Source: Chthoniobacterales bacterium (lineage in GTDB: Bacteria > Verrucomicrobiota > Verrucomicrobiia > Chthoniobacterales > Chthoniobacteraceae). Taken from it: DNA of 64,000 bases. The stretch spans positions 31,109 to 95,108 of the forward strand of contig JBBQZX010000022.1 in the NCBI GenBank assembly GCA_038207335.1. Direction: 5' to 3'. This document shows positions 1 through 9,680 of the stretch, one piece after another. A model generated the notes under the pieces. The model saw only the letters and a program-made list of their open reading frames with translations, was not told where the DNA came from and did no database searches. Within the stretch, counting starts at the first letter, position 1. Each line of letters starts with the position of its first letter. A program made the position numbers and the translations under genes.

Positions 1-137
1 CGCTCGCGCTTGCTCCGCATGAAGCGGAAAATCTGCGCGGTCTCGGCGTAGAGGCCCTCGCCCCAGAAGACGTTTTCGGGGATCGGGTGTTGCCACCAGT
101 CTTGTTCGACGCGGCGGTCGGGGGTGATGTTGCTCAT
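1..137 (-). CDS. N-terminal part of a CDS running off the window edge, possibly an acyltransferase (MSNITPDRRVEQDWWQHPIPENVFWGEGLYAETAQIFRFMRSKRE...)
   Basis: ATG at 137-135 lies 4 nt downstream of the ABC transporter stop, and the frame is open to the edge. The product is a recalled resemblance only. Confidence 0.45.
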   Translation of the reverse strand, partial: MSNITPDRRVEQDWWQHPIPENVFWGEGLYAETAQIFRFMRSKRE

Positions 138-141
138 GATT

Positions 142-1908
142 TTAGACTCCTAGATTTGCGGAACGATACAGCCCGGCGTACACGCCGCCCCGCTGCACGA
201 GTTCGGGGCCGGCACCTTCCTCCACGACTCCGCCGGTGCCGAGGACGACGATCTTTTCCATCGTGTGGATCGTGGCAATGCGGTGCGTGATGATGAGCGT
301 GGTGCGGCCGCGCATGAGTTCCTCCATTGTCTGCATGATCGCGGCTTCGGTGGTCGGATCGAGCGCGCTCGTCGGCTCATCGAGCAGCAGGATGGGCGCG
401 TTTTTTAGAAAGGCACGCGCGATGCCGATGCGCTGCCGCTGGCCGACGCTGAGATGATTTCCGCGCTCGCCGACTTGCGATGAATAGCCGTCCGTCATGG
501 CGAGGATGAAGTCGTGCGCCTGCGCGCGTTTCGCGGCTTCGACGATGTCGGCTTCGGTCGCGGCGGGGCGGCCGTATGCGATGTTTTCGCGGACGGTCGT
601 GGAGAAGAGCAGCGTGTCTTGGAGGACGATGCTGATTTGGTTTCGCAGCGATTTTTTTGTGATGTCGCGGAGGTCGCGACCGTCGAGCAGGACACGCCCG
701 GCGGTCGGGTCGTAGAAGCGCGGGACGAGGCTGAGTAGCGTGCTCTTTCCCGCGCCGGTGCCTCCGACGAATGCAACCGTCTGCCCCGGCTCGATGCGTA
801 GATTTACACCCCCGAGAATCGTGCGCTCGGGCGTGTAGCCGAAGCTCACATTTTCAAAAACAATGTCGCCGGTGAAGCGCTCGATGGCGACGGCATCCGG
901 CGCGTCCGGCACATCGTCCGCGCGGTCGAGCACCTCGAAGCAGCGCTGCGCCGCCGCGGCTGCCCCCTCGAGCGCCCATGCGAGATGCGTGAGTGCCTCG
1001 AGCGGCGAGTAGAGCATGACGAGGTAGGTCGAAATCGCGATGAGCGAGCCGAGCGTGAGCGAGCCGTCGAGGACGTGCCGCGCCCCGACGTAATACATCG
1101 CCGCCGTGCTCGCGGCCATGAGCGTGCTCACGATGAGCGAGCTGCGCATGGAGGTGCTCGTGAGGCGCAAATTCGCTTCGAGGCTGTCGCGCGCGTGGCC
1201 GTGGAATTGCGCGATTTCGTGCTCTTCGCGGCCGAATGCCTGCACCATTTTCACCGAGCTGAGGCCCTCCTGCGCTTGCGTCAAAAGCGCGCTTTCCCGT
1301 TCCTGGATCACGGTCGATTCGGTGCGGATGCGTTTCGCGTAGAGGTAGATCGCGGCGACCATGAACGGCACGATCGTGAGTGATAGCAACGCCAGCACGC
1401 GGTCGAGCTGCCAGATGATGATGAATGTGCTCGCGATGGTGATCGTGGCGCTGAAGACGAACGTGGCCTTGCTGTAAAATCCCTGGATCGCCTGCGAGTC
1501 GTAGGCCACGCGAAATGTGGAATCGCCGCTGCGCCGTGTGTCGTGGAATTTCAGCGGGAGCGAATGGAGGTAGGCGTAGAGTTCAGTGCGGAGCCGCAGT
1601 AGCGCGCGAAGGCCGACTTTCACGTAAATGATGTTCGTGACGAGATTCAGCCAGCCGCCGAGGAAGTGGAAAACGACGAGCGCGAGGCAGAGAAAGAGGA
1701 TCGCCTGCGGGATGGAAACGGGCGCGCCGCGGAAGAGAATCGTCGCGTCGCCGTGCATCGCGGCGGGCAGTATTTTGTCCACGATGTAGGCGAAAGGCCA
1801 CGGCTTCAGGAGATTGAAGCCGATCGATGTGAGCATGATCGCTGTCGCGCCGATGCTCGCGCCGAGGAACGGGCGGAAGTAGGCGAGCACGCGACGATAG
1901 ATGGACAT
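142..1908 (-). CDS. ABC exporter, fused permease/ATP-binding protein (MsbA-like)
   Basis: TM domain followed by Walker A GGTGAGKS, signature LSVGQRQR, Walker B ILLLDE and H-loop ITHR. Start set at MSIYRRVLAYF rather than the longer ORF. Confidence 0.93.
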   Translation of the reverse strand: MSIYRRVLAYFRPFLGASIGATAIMLTSIGFNLLKPWPFAYIVDKILPAAMHGDATILFRGAPVSIPQAILFLCLALVVFHFLGGWLNLVTNIIYVKVGLRALLRLRTELYAYLHSLPLKFHDTRRSGDSTFRVAYDSQAIQGFYSKATFVFSATITIASTFIIIWQLDRVLALLSLTIVPFMVAAIYLYAKRIRTESTVIQERESALLTQAQEGLSSVKMVQAFGREEHEIAQFHGHARDSLEANLRLTSTSMRSSLIVSTLMAASTAAMYYVGARHVLDGSLTLGSLIAISTYLVMLYSPLEALTHLAWALEGAAAAAQRCFEVLDRADDVPDAPDAVAIERFTGDIVFENVSFGYTPERTILGGVNLRIEPGQTVAFVGGTGAGKSTLLSLVPRFYDPTAGRVLLDGRDLRDITKKSLRNQISIVLQDTLLFSTTVRENIAYGRPAATEADIVEAAKRAQAHDFILAMTDGYSSQVGERGNHLSVGQRQRIGIARAFLKNAPILLLDEPTSALDPTTEAAIMQTMEELMRGRTTLIITHRIATIHTMEKIVVLGTGGVVEEGAGPELVQRGGVYAGLYRSANLGV

Positions 1909-1985
1909 TTCGTGGGGAGGAAATACTCGGGGCGCGGAGTTGGCAACGCCGGGAATGCGGAGGCGCGTCGGGGAGCCGACACGCG

Positions 1986-2001
1986 TGTCAGCACGGCGAC
2001 A
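1986..2001 (+). promoter_or_regulatory. Candidate enhancer (bEBP upstream activating sequence) TGT-N10-ACA
   Basis: TGTCAGCACGGCGACA, with TGTC/GACA dyad symmetry, lies about 70 nt upstream of a -24/-12 element. Confidence 0.35.
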
Positions 2002-2067
2002 AAACATTGAACAAATCGGCCCCGCGCCCGTCTCAATTTGATGTGAAGTGAAGGTGGCCCGGCGAGT

Positions 2068-2083
2068 TGGCATCCGCCCTGCT
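2068..2083 (+). promoter_or_regulatory. Sigma-54 (-24/-12) promoter
   Basis: TGGCAT-CCGCC-CTGCT matches TGGCAC-N5-TTGCW with exact GG-N10-GC spacing, 40 nt before the ATG at 2123. Confidence 0.6.
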
Positions 2084-2122
2084 AGTATCATCTTCAAGTC
2101 CAACACAAACCGACAAATCACC

Positions 2123-2302
2123 ATGAAAAAGACCCTCAAAAAAGCCGCTCGTTCCAACTACAGCCTCGGTGATCTCATCCTGGCTGTCAGCGCCTACAGC
2201 AAGAACAACCGCGAAACTGTCGCTGCTGTGGCAGACCTTCTCGATAGTGGAAAAGTCCGCCTGAACAGCCACGGTCAAAAAATCCGAGCACGCGTCTGCT
2301 AA
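2123..2302 (+). CDS. Small basic hypothetical protein (59 aa)
   Basis: MKKTLKKAARSNYSLGDLILAVSAYSKNNRETVAAVADLLDSGKVRLNSHGQKIRARVC, with an A/C-rich leader, host-like codons and an upstream sigma-54 motif. Confidence 0.75.
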   Translation: MKKTLKKAARSNYSLGDLILAVSAYSKNNRETVAAVADLLDSGKVRLNSHGQKIRARVC

Positions 2303-2482
2303 GGCGCTTTGAGGACCTTGTGAACCGCGCTTTGCCGCGGCTCCCGAGCCCGCCGCTGCCAAATAGGCGGCAGTAAATTTCAAACCCCGTCTCCGGCTTC
2401 GATGCCGAGGGCGGGGTGAGTTTTGTACTGGAATTCGTCAAGGGTCAGCCGCGACCTTGCGAAACAAACGCTGACCTTTTCC

Positions 2483-3235
2483 ATGAAGCGCGTCCTTACG
2501 CTCCTCATTTTCCCTGCCGCAGCCTTTGCTTCCGGCCGCGGAAACCAAGCCGAACATCGTCTTCATCTTCGCCGATGACCTCGGCTGATACAATCCGAAG
2601 ACGTTTTTAAGAGACGCCGAACATCCACGGGCTGGCGAGGCGCGTGCCAGCGCCGAGAGTCGGGGGCGCGCGCAGCGATCTTCACGTATTTCCCGCACGA
2701 TCCGCCGGTCCTGTAATGGGTACCGCCCGCCGTCACCGTGCATCGCTACGACTTGACACGGATCCGCATTTTATTCGGCGGTGGAATCGGCGCGCATCGC
2801 TGAACGCTTTACAACGTGCGCGAGGACAGCGTTGAGCGAAACCACCGTGCGGCCTAGGAGCCGGAGCATGTGAAGCCGATTGATGCGCTGATCGAGAAAT
2901 TCCTCGCCGACACGAACGCTGGTGCAGGTGCCGAATCCCGATTTCGATCTGGTGAAATATCACCCGGAGAACGAGTGCAAGGGAGCCGCGAGAAGGCCGT
3001 CGAAATCAAACTTTAAGCCAAAAAGCAGAGGCAACGAACGACGATGCCCCTGCTCGCCAAGGCTGGATAACGCGTGCTTGCACCGTGACTGTGAGGGGCC
3101 GTGACCGGCAATGGCTGCGACTGGCAGAAAATGAGCGTGGAGTTTACCGCCGAAGGCACGCTCAGCATTCTGTGGCTCTACGTGCCCGCGGAGAGGGAAC
3201 CCGTGCAGTGAGACGGGTTCGAAATCAAGAGAGGG
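2483..3235 (+). pseudogene. Decayed sulfatase, paralog of 37374..39308
   Basis: Fragments [58 protein letters not shown] and DWQKMSVEFTAEGTLSILWLYVPA are collinear with the intact gene. Stops occur at 2586, 2714, 2801 and 2855, with frameshifts and a large internal deletion. Confidence 0.88.
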
Positions 3236-3284
3236 ACGGAGTCTCGCATGTCCCAATTTTAGTTTGCCGTGCTGTTACCTATCG

Positions 3285-4826
3285 ATGCTCCGCCTTCTTT
3301 TCGCGTTTCTCTGGATAGCTTCCTGCGCGCTCGCCGCCGCGGAGTCGCGCCCAAACATCCTCTTCATATACGCCGAGGACATCGGGTATTGCACGGGCGA
3401 GCGCGCGGCTCGCGATCCGAATGCGCATATCGCGGGGCTGAAGACTCCGAACCTTGATGCGCTCGCGGCGCAGAGCGTGAATTTCACGCACGCGTTTTGC
3501 GGGCAAAGCGTGTGCTCGCCGAGCAAAGGTGCGATTCTCAGTGGATTACTGCCGCACGCGAATGGCATCTGGCGAAACGTCCACAACAATCACCCGAAGC
3601 TCGGCGGGCCGGAGAAATGGATCCCACTGCCGATTCCGCTGACGAAGGAGAATGATCCCACTTTTCTCGCCGCAGGCGGGATGCACGAGGACATCCCTAA
3701 TCTCATCCAGCGACTCAAGGCCGGCGGCATCTACTGCGCGCTCTCAGGTAAGCTGCACGTCCAGCCGGCGCGGAATTTTCCGTATGACGTGTTTGTGAAC
3801 GAGGATGACCTCGACACCGTCATCAAGGGCGCAGGGGACAAGCCGTGGTTCTTTTGGTGTAATCCCGGCGACACGCACGCGCCGTGGTGGAAGCACGTGC
3901 AGAGCAAGCTGGTGGATCCGAAGGACTGCAACTCCGCGCCGAAGGATGTGGACCCGGCCGAGATCGAGATGCTGCCGTGGATGCCGGACACGCCCGCCGC
4001 GCGGGTGGACCTCGCGCAGTATTACTCGTGCATCCGCAACATTGATGAGTTCGTCGGCACGATGCTGAAGAAGCTCGAAGCCAGCGGAGAGGCGGAGAAT
4101 ACCATCGTCGTCTTCACCGGCGACCACGGCATCGGCTACGCGCGCGGCAAGACGAGCGTGTATCCGGCCGGGACGCAGGTGCCGCTTTACATCAAAGGCC
4201 CAGGCATCAAGACGGGCCGCATCATCGGTGCGCCCGTCTCGCAAATGGATTTCAATCCCACCTTTCTCGAAGCCTTCGGCATCGCGCCGATCGCGCACAC
4301 GCACGCCGAGTCGCTGTGGCCCATCCTCTCGGGAAAATCCGACGCGCTGCCAGATCGCCACACCATCATGACCGAGACGAACAACAGCCTCATGTCGCAG
4401 GTCGGCATCCGGGGCGATGGCACGATGGCGCGAGCCGTTTGCGACGGACGCTTTTACTACATCGGCAATCTCATCCAGACCAAGACTGCGCTGCCCGAAG
4501 AGAAGGCGATCAACGTCGGCACCGGCGACGGCGAATACGGCAACCCCGGACCGCAATACGCGATCGATCTCCACGATGAAACGGTGCGACACAAAGCCGA
4601 CCAGCCCTTGCCCTACGAACTGCTGCGCCAGCTCTGCATGGGCGATGCGCCGCCCGAGGAACTCTACGACCTCGATGCCGACCCATGGGCCGTGAAGAAC
4701 TTCATCGCCGACCCCGGCCACGCCGAGACGCTCGCCCGGATGCGCACGGAATTCGCCGACTGGCGCAAGGCTAGCGATGACCACGACGTGCATCCGAAAA
4801 CTATCCCCCGCCGCACCGCGAAGTAG
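3285..4826 (+). CDS. Secreted sulfatase (S1 family) with atypical CSPSK motif
   Basis: Signal peptide, RPNILFIYAEDIG, TPNLDAL, CSPSKGAILSG, GKLH, GDHG and EELYDLDADP. Confidence 0.88.
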   Translation: MLRLLFAFLWIASCALAAAESRPNILFIYAEDIGYCTGERAARDPNAHIAGLKTPNLDALAAQSVNFTHAFCGQSVCSPSKGAILSGLLPHANGIWRNVHNNHPKLGGPEKWIPLPIPLTKENDPTFLAAGGMHEDIPNLIQRLKAGGIYCALSGKLHVQPARNFPYDVFVNEDDLDTVIKGAGDKPWFFWCNPGDTHAPWWKHVQSKLVDPKDCNSAPKDVDPAEIEMLPWMPDTPAARVDLAQYYSCIRNIDEFVGTMLKKLEASGEAENTIVVFTGDHGIGYARGKTSVYPAGTQVPLYIKGPGIKTGRIIGAPVSQMDFNPTFLEAFGIAPIAHTHAESLWPILSGKSDALPDRHTIMTETNNSLMSQVGIRGDGTMARAVCDGRFYYIGNLIQTKTALPEEKAINVGTGDGEYGNPGPQYAIDLHDETVRHKADQPLPYELLRQLCMGDAPPEELYDLDADPWAVKNFIADPGHAETLARMRTEFADWRKASDDHDVHPKTIPRRTAK

Positions 4827-4868
4827 CCCCTGCACAGCGCTGCATTTGCCAACTCACTGCGCAATTTC

Positions 4869-6362
4869 ATGAAACTCGTCCTCGCTCCCTTGATGTTCCT
4901 GGCTGCGCTTTGCACTTCGCTTTGTGCTGAGGAATCCAAGCCCAACATCCTTATGATTTACGCCGACGACATCGGCTACGGCGATTTTGGCTGCTATGGA
5001 GCGACGAAGGTCAAAACACCACATGCGGATGGACTTGCCGCCGAGGGCTTGCGCTTCACGGATGCCCATGCGGTCGCGTCGGTCTGCACGCCTTCCCGCT
5101 ATTCGCTGCTCACCGGCGAGTATGCGTTCCGCAAGCCGGGCACCGGCATTGCCTCGGGCATTCGGGGGCTGCTGATCGATGTCGGTCGCACCACACTGCC
5201 GTCTGTGTTGAAGAGTGCGGGTTACACCACCGGCATCGTCGGCAAATGGCATCTAGGCTTGGGAACCGAACCGACCGACTACAACAAGCCGATCAAGCCC
5301 GGCCCGAACGAAGTCGGCTTTGACTATGCCTGGATCATGCCTGCGACGGGCGACCGCGTGCCGTGCGTCTGGGTGGAAAACGACCATGTCGTGAATCTCG
5401 ACCCTGCTGATCCCATCAAGATCAACACCCGGGTAAAGCGCGGCACTCCGGATTCATTCCTCATGGGTGTCCCGCGCATCGGCCAGCAGCTCGGCGGCAA
5501 GGCGGCGCTGTGGGAAGATGCGAACCTCTCGACCGTCATCGCGGCGAAAAGCTGCGCGTTCATGGAGCAGCACCGAGCGGAGTCATTCTTCCTCGAAGTC
5601 TCGACGCACAACATCCATGTGCCCCGCGTGCCGAATCCGAAGTTCGTCGGCAAAAGCGAGTGCGGGCCGCGCGGTGACTCCATCGTGGAGCTGGACTGGA
5701 TCGTGGGCGCAGTGCTCGGGAAACTCGACGCGCTCGGTCTCGCTGGGAAAACGCTCGTGATCCTCACCAGCGACAACGGCGGCATCCTCGATAATAACGG
5801 CCCGGATAAAGTCCACGGTCTCGGCGATCCCGATGCCACCAATGGTCACAGGCCCAACGGCGTCCTGCGCGGTTTTAAGTATGACGTGTGGGAAGGCGGC
5901 ACGCGCGTGCCGATGATCGTGCGCTGGCCGGGCAGGGTGAAACCGGGCGTCTCAGACGCACTCGTGAGTCAGGTCGATTTCCTCGCGAGCCTCGCTGCAA
6001 TGACGGGAACGAAGATTCCAAAGGGCCAGGCACCGGACAGCGAGGATCACCTTGCGGCAATACTCGGCTTCGATCCGAAAGGGCGGGAGATGCTCGTCGA
6101 GCAGAAAACCGGTGACCTCTTCGGCTTCCGCCAGGGTAGCTGGAAACTTCTGCCCACGGGCGGCAAAAAGGGCGGCGGAAAAGCCACGCTCCACGATCTC
6201 GCCGACGATCCCGGCGAGAGGAACGACCTCGCGGAGAAGCAGCCCGAACGGCTTGCCGCCATGATGGCGGAGTTCCAAAAAATTGTTGGCCCGCAGGACC
6301 GGCAAAAGCGCAACAAAAAGGGCACGGCTGAGAGTGAGGAATCCGAGGAGAAGTCCCAATAA
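4869..6362 (+). CDS. Secreted arylsulfatase
   Basis: KPNILMIYADDIGYGD, CTPSRYSLLTG, GKWHLG, SDNGG and EGGTRVP. Confidence 0.93.
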   Translation: MKLVLAPLMFLAALCTSLCAEESKPNILMIYADDIGYGDFGCYGATKVKTPHADGLAAEGLRFTDAHAVASVCTPSRYSLLTGEYAFRKPGTGIASGIRGLLIDVGRTTLPSVLKSAGYTTGIVGKWHLGLGTEPTDYNKPIKPGPNEVGFDYAWIMPATGDRVPCVWVENDHVVNLDPADPIKINTRVKRGTPDSFLMGVPRIGQQLGGKAALWEDANLSTVIAAKSCAFMEQHRAESFFLEVSTHNIHVPRVPNPKFVGKSECGPRGDSIVELDWIVGAVLGKLDALGLAGKTLVILTSDNGGILDNNGPDKVHGLGDPDATNGHRPNGVLRGFKYDVWEGGTRVPMIVRWPGRVKPGVSDALVSQVDFLASLAAMTGTKIPKGQAPDSEDHLAAILGFDPKGREMLVEQKTGDLFGFRQGSWKLLPTGGKKGGGKATLHDLADDPGERNDLAEKQPERLAAMMAEFQKIVGPQDRQKRNKKGTAESEESEEKSQ

Positions 6363-6425
6363 TCCATCCGTCCGCTATTACTGCTTCAACCAGTCCTCCT
6401 GTTCAAACTCCGACCCTCATTCTTC

Positions 6426-7901
6426 GTGCTGAAATCCCCCGTCATCTTCGCCGGCTTGCTCCTTTTATCCGCGCTCTGCACACAGCTTCGCGCCACGGAT
6501 CGGAAGCCCAATATCGTCTTTGTCCTCGTGGACGATCAGCGCAATACCTCGCTGGGTTGCGCCGGGCATCCGCAAATCAAGACTCCCGTGATCGATAGCC
6601 TGGCGGCCCGCGGCGTGCGCTTTGAGAACGCCTTCGTGCAAACGCCCATCTGCATGGCGAGCCGCGCCAACTTCTTCACCGGCTTGACGACGACCACGCA
6701 CGGCTACCACGGCGACCCCGGCCACCCCGTGCGCAGGGAGGATTTGGAGACGAGCTTTCCCACGCTCCTCCGCCCGGCGGGCTACAAGACCGGATTTTAC
6801 GGAAAGCAGCACGTCACCTGGGAGAAGGGCGTCGATGGGATGGCCACCATGTTCGACGACTACGAGGTGCTGCATCGCAATCCCTACCTGAAGACCATGC
6901 CGGACGGCAGCCTGCGTCACGTCGATGAGATCGTCGGCGACAAGTCGGTCGCGTTCGTTCAGGCACAATCTACGGAAAAGCCATTCTTCCTCTACGTGAG
7001 TTTCAACATCTCGCACGCCGAGGACGGCGACAGGCGCCCAGGTTTTCACTACCAGTGGCCGCTCGCCGAGGATGGCATGTTTGAAGACATCGACCCTATC
7101 CGCCCAAATCTCGACGACCCGAAATACTACCTAGCCACGCCTGATTTTCTAAAGAAGACGATCAACCGCTCGCGCTATTTCTGGGGCTTTGACACGGCGG
7201 AAAAATACCAAGTCAACCTGCGCGGCATGTATCGCATGCTGGCCGGCATGGATCGCATCGTCGGCCGGGTCATGACGGCGCTGAAAGAGAAAGGCTTGGA
7301 TGACAACACCATCGTCATCTACTGCGCGGACAACGGCGTTTACATGGGCGACCGCGGCTTTCAGGGCAAGTGGTCGCACTACGATCAGGCGATCCATGTG
7401 CCCTTGATCGTCTATGACCCGCGGATGAAGACCGACCTGCGCGGTCGCGTGCTGAAAGAGACGGCCACCAGCCTCGATGTCCCGGCAACCATTTTGGATT
7501 TTGCGACGTTGCCGATTCCGTCGAAATACCAAGGAGCGACGCTGACACCGTTGCTGGTCGGCATGCATCCGAAGGACTGGCGCACGGATTTCTACGTCGA
7601 ACACCACGCCAACCCCGCACAGATCGCCACATGGTTTGGGGTGCGCGACGATCGCTACACTTACGCCAACTACTACAAGAACGACGCAGAACTCCTCTAC
7701 GACCGCGAGAAGGATCCCACCGAGCTCACCAATGTCGCGGGAGACTCAGCCTATGCGGTGGTCTTCGACAGGCTCCGGCAACGCAGTCTCGATTACAAAA
7801 AGCAATACACGCGGTCCGACGCCGACGCTCCGGCCGATCCGTCATCTGCGGTGCGGAAGAGGAAGCCCAAGCAAGCTCCGGTAGCTCCGGTAGATGACTA
7901 A
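6426..7901 (+). CDS. Secreted sulfatase (CMASR motif)
   Basis: KPNIVFVLVDDQR, CMASRANFFTG, GKQH, ADNG and LYDREKDP. GTG start. Confidence 0.9.
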   Translation: MLKSPVIFAGLLLLSALCTQLRATDRKPNIVFVLVDDQRNTSLGCAGHPQIKTPVIDSLAARGVRFENAFVQTPICMASRANFFTGLTTTTHGYHGDPGHPVRREDLETSFPTLLRPAGYKTGFYGKQHVTWEKGVDGMATMFDDYEVLHRNPYLKTMPDGSLRHVDEIVGDKSVAFVQAQSTEKPFFLYVSFNISHAEDGDRRPGFHYQWPLAEDGMFEDIDPIRPNLDDPKYYLATPDFLKKTINRSRYFWGFDTAEKYQVNLRGMYRMLAGMDRIVGRVMTALKEKGLDDNTIVIYCADNGVYMGDRGFQGKWSHYDQAIHVPLIVYDPRMKTDLRGRVLKETATSLDVPATILDFATLPIPSKYQGATLTPLLVGMHPKDWRTDFYVEHHANPAQIATWFGVRDDRYTYANYYKNDAELLYDREKDPTELTNVAGDSAYAVVFDRLRQRSLDYKKQYTRSDADAPADPSSAVRKRKPKQAPVAPVDD

Positions 7902-7910
7902 TCGTATTTC

Positions 7911-9638
7911 ATGAAAAAGAGCCTCCTCTCCCTCTTGGCTGCGGCTTGCGCTGTCTGCCCCATCCTCCTGACCGCCGCGCCGACGGCTGCACGGCCCAAC
8001 GTTGTCGTCATCATGACCGATGACATGGGCTTTTCGGATATCGGCTGCTACGGCGGCGAGATCAAGACGCCGAATATCGACAAGCTCGCAGCAGGAGGCG
8101 TGAAGTTTTCGCAGTTCTATAACTGTGGCAAATGCGAGCCGAGCCGCGCGTCGCTCATCTCCGGGCACCAATGGTGGACGCACGATCCGAATGTCGCCAT
8201 CCGCAAGGACAGTCCAAACGTCGGCGAAGTCATGCACACGGCAGGCTATCGCACGATGATGGTCGGCAAGTGGCATTGCGATGGGGTGCCCTTCCAGCGC
8301 GGGTTCGATCGGCACTTTGGCTTCATGGGTGGGGGCACGGATTCCTTTCTCGGCGACGATTCATTCACGCTCGATGGCAAGCCCTGGCCGGTGCCGAAGC
8401 AGGACTTTTACGCCACCACTGCGCTGAGCGATTACGCGGTGAAATTCCTCCGCGAGGAGAAGCAGGCGTACCCTGAGCAGCCGTTCTTCATGTATCTCGC
8501 CTATAATGCGCCGCACGCGCCGATCGAAGCGCCGGCGGCGGAGGTCGCAAAGTATCGCGGCAAGTATCTCCAAGGCTGGGATGTTATTCGCAGGGCGCGC
8601 TTTGAGAAACAGCAGCAGCTAGGTCTCGCCGGGCCGGGCTGGCACCTGCCGGAGCGCCCGGAGAATGTTCCCGCGTGGGATACCTTGGATGCGAAGACGA
8701 AAGACTTCGAGGACCTGCGCATGGCGACCTATGCGGCGATGGTGGATTGCGTGGATCAGGGAGTCGGTCGCGTGATGCAGACGCTCGATGAGCTAAAGAT
8801 TCGCGACAACACGCTGGTCATTTTCATGAACGACAATGGCGCGAGCCCTAACGACCGAGTGAGGCGCGGGGAATTCGGAACCGCAGGCACCACATGGAAC
8901 GTCGGTGTGGCGTGGGCGAATGTTTCCAATACACCTTTCAAGTATTACAAGCGCACGCAGCACAGCGGCGGCGTGACCACACCGTTCATCGCGCAGTGGC
9001 CGGCGGCGTTCCAGCCTCGCGAGAAATTCGAGGATCAGCCGTGCCACATCACTGACATCCTGCCCACGCTCATCGACGTGGCGGGCGGCACTTACCCCGC
9101 GGACTTTGGCGGCAAACAGCATCCACCGCTGCCGGGGCGGTCCTTTGCGGCGATCATGAAAAGCGGGGAGCAACTGCCCGCACGCACGCTGAACTTCTCG
9201 CTTTTCAACAACATGGCGCTCATCGACGGCGGCTGGAAAATCGTGACCGCCTACAGCGAGCCGTGGCAGCTCTACGACCTGACCAATGACCGCACGGAGA
9301 CGCACGATCTCGCCACCGAACGCCCGGAGAAACTCGCTGAGCTGTTGGCGTTGCAGAAGACCTTTGAGGCGCGCTCCGATGTCCGGCTTCGGCTCGGTCC
9401 CGGCGAACGTGTGCCGGAGTATGCATCACCATTCCGCCCCGACGGCACAAAGGGCCCAGGCGCGCGGGAGGATGTGTCGGACCCAGCGTATTCGCTCCTG
9501 CTGGTGAAGGCTCGGTCGGAGGGACGGCAGCTCACGGACGAGGAAATGGCGAAGCTCAAGCAGCAGGCAGATGCCAAAGGTAGTCCCCCTGAAGGTGCTT
9601 CTGCGAAGCCGAAAAGAAGGAAGAAGACCGCAGAGTGA
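7911..9638 (+). CDS. Secreted arylsulfatase
   Basis: RPNVVVIMTDDMGFSD, CEPSRASLISG, GKWH, NAPHAP and NDNG. Confidence 0.93.
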   Translation: MKKSLLSLLAAACAVCPILLTAAPTAARPNVVVIMTDDMGFSDIGCYGGEIKTPNIDKLAAGGVKFSQFYNCGKCEPSRASLISGHQWWTHDPNVAIRKDSPNVGEVMHTAGYRTMMVGKWHCDGVPFQRGFDRHFGFMGGGTDSFLGDDSFTLDGKPWPVPKQDFYATTALSDYAVKFLREEKQAYPEQPFFMYLAYNAPHAPIEAPAAEVAKYRGKYLQGWDVIRRARFEKQQQLGLAGPGWHLPERPENVPAWDTLDAKTKDFEDLRMATYAAMVDCVDQGVGRVMQTLDELKIRDNTLVIFMNDNGASPNDRVRRGEFGTAGTTWNVGVAWANVSNTPFKYYKRTQHSGGVTTPFIAQWPAAFQPREKFEDQPCHITDILPTLIDVAGGTYPADFGGKQHPPLPGRSFAAIMKSGEQLPARTLNFSLFNNMALIDGGWKIVTAYSEPWQLYDLTNDRTETHDLATERPEKLAELLALQKTFEARSDVRLRLGPGERVPEYASPFRPDGTKGPGAREDVSDPAYSLLLVKARSEGRQLTDEEMAKLKQQADAKGSPPEGASAKPKRRKKTAE

Positions 9639-9680
9639 GCCGCGCTGTTTTCCATCCCAACAATTTCCCGAACCACCCAC

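Noticed and set aside
1909..2157. N-terminal extension of the ABC transporter ORF (likewise the extensions at 13104, 17630, 52842, 54326 and 55360)
   Set aside because: The extensions overlap neighbouring genes or promoters. Family-like sequence or signal peptides begin at downstream starts.
2386..2425. Hairpin downstream of the small ORF as a terminator
   Set aside because: The stem is imperfect with several G-U pairs, and the U-tract is separated from it.
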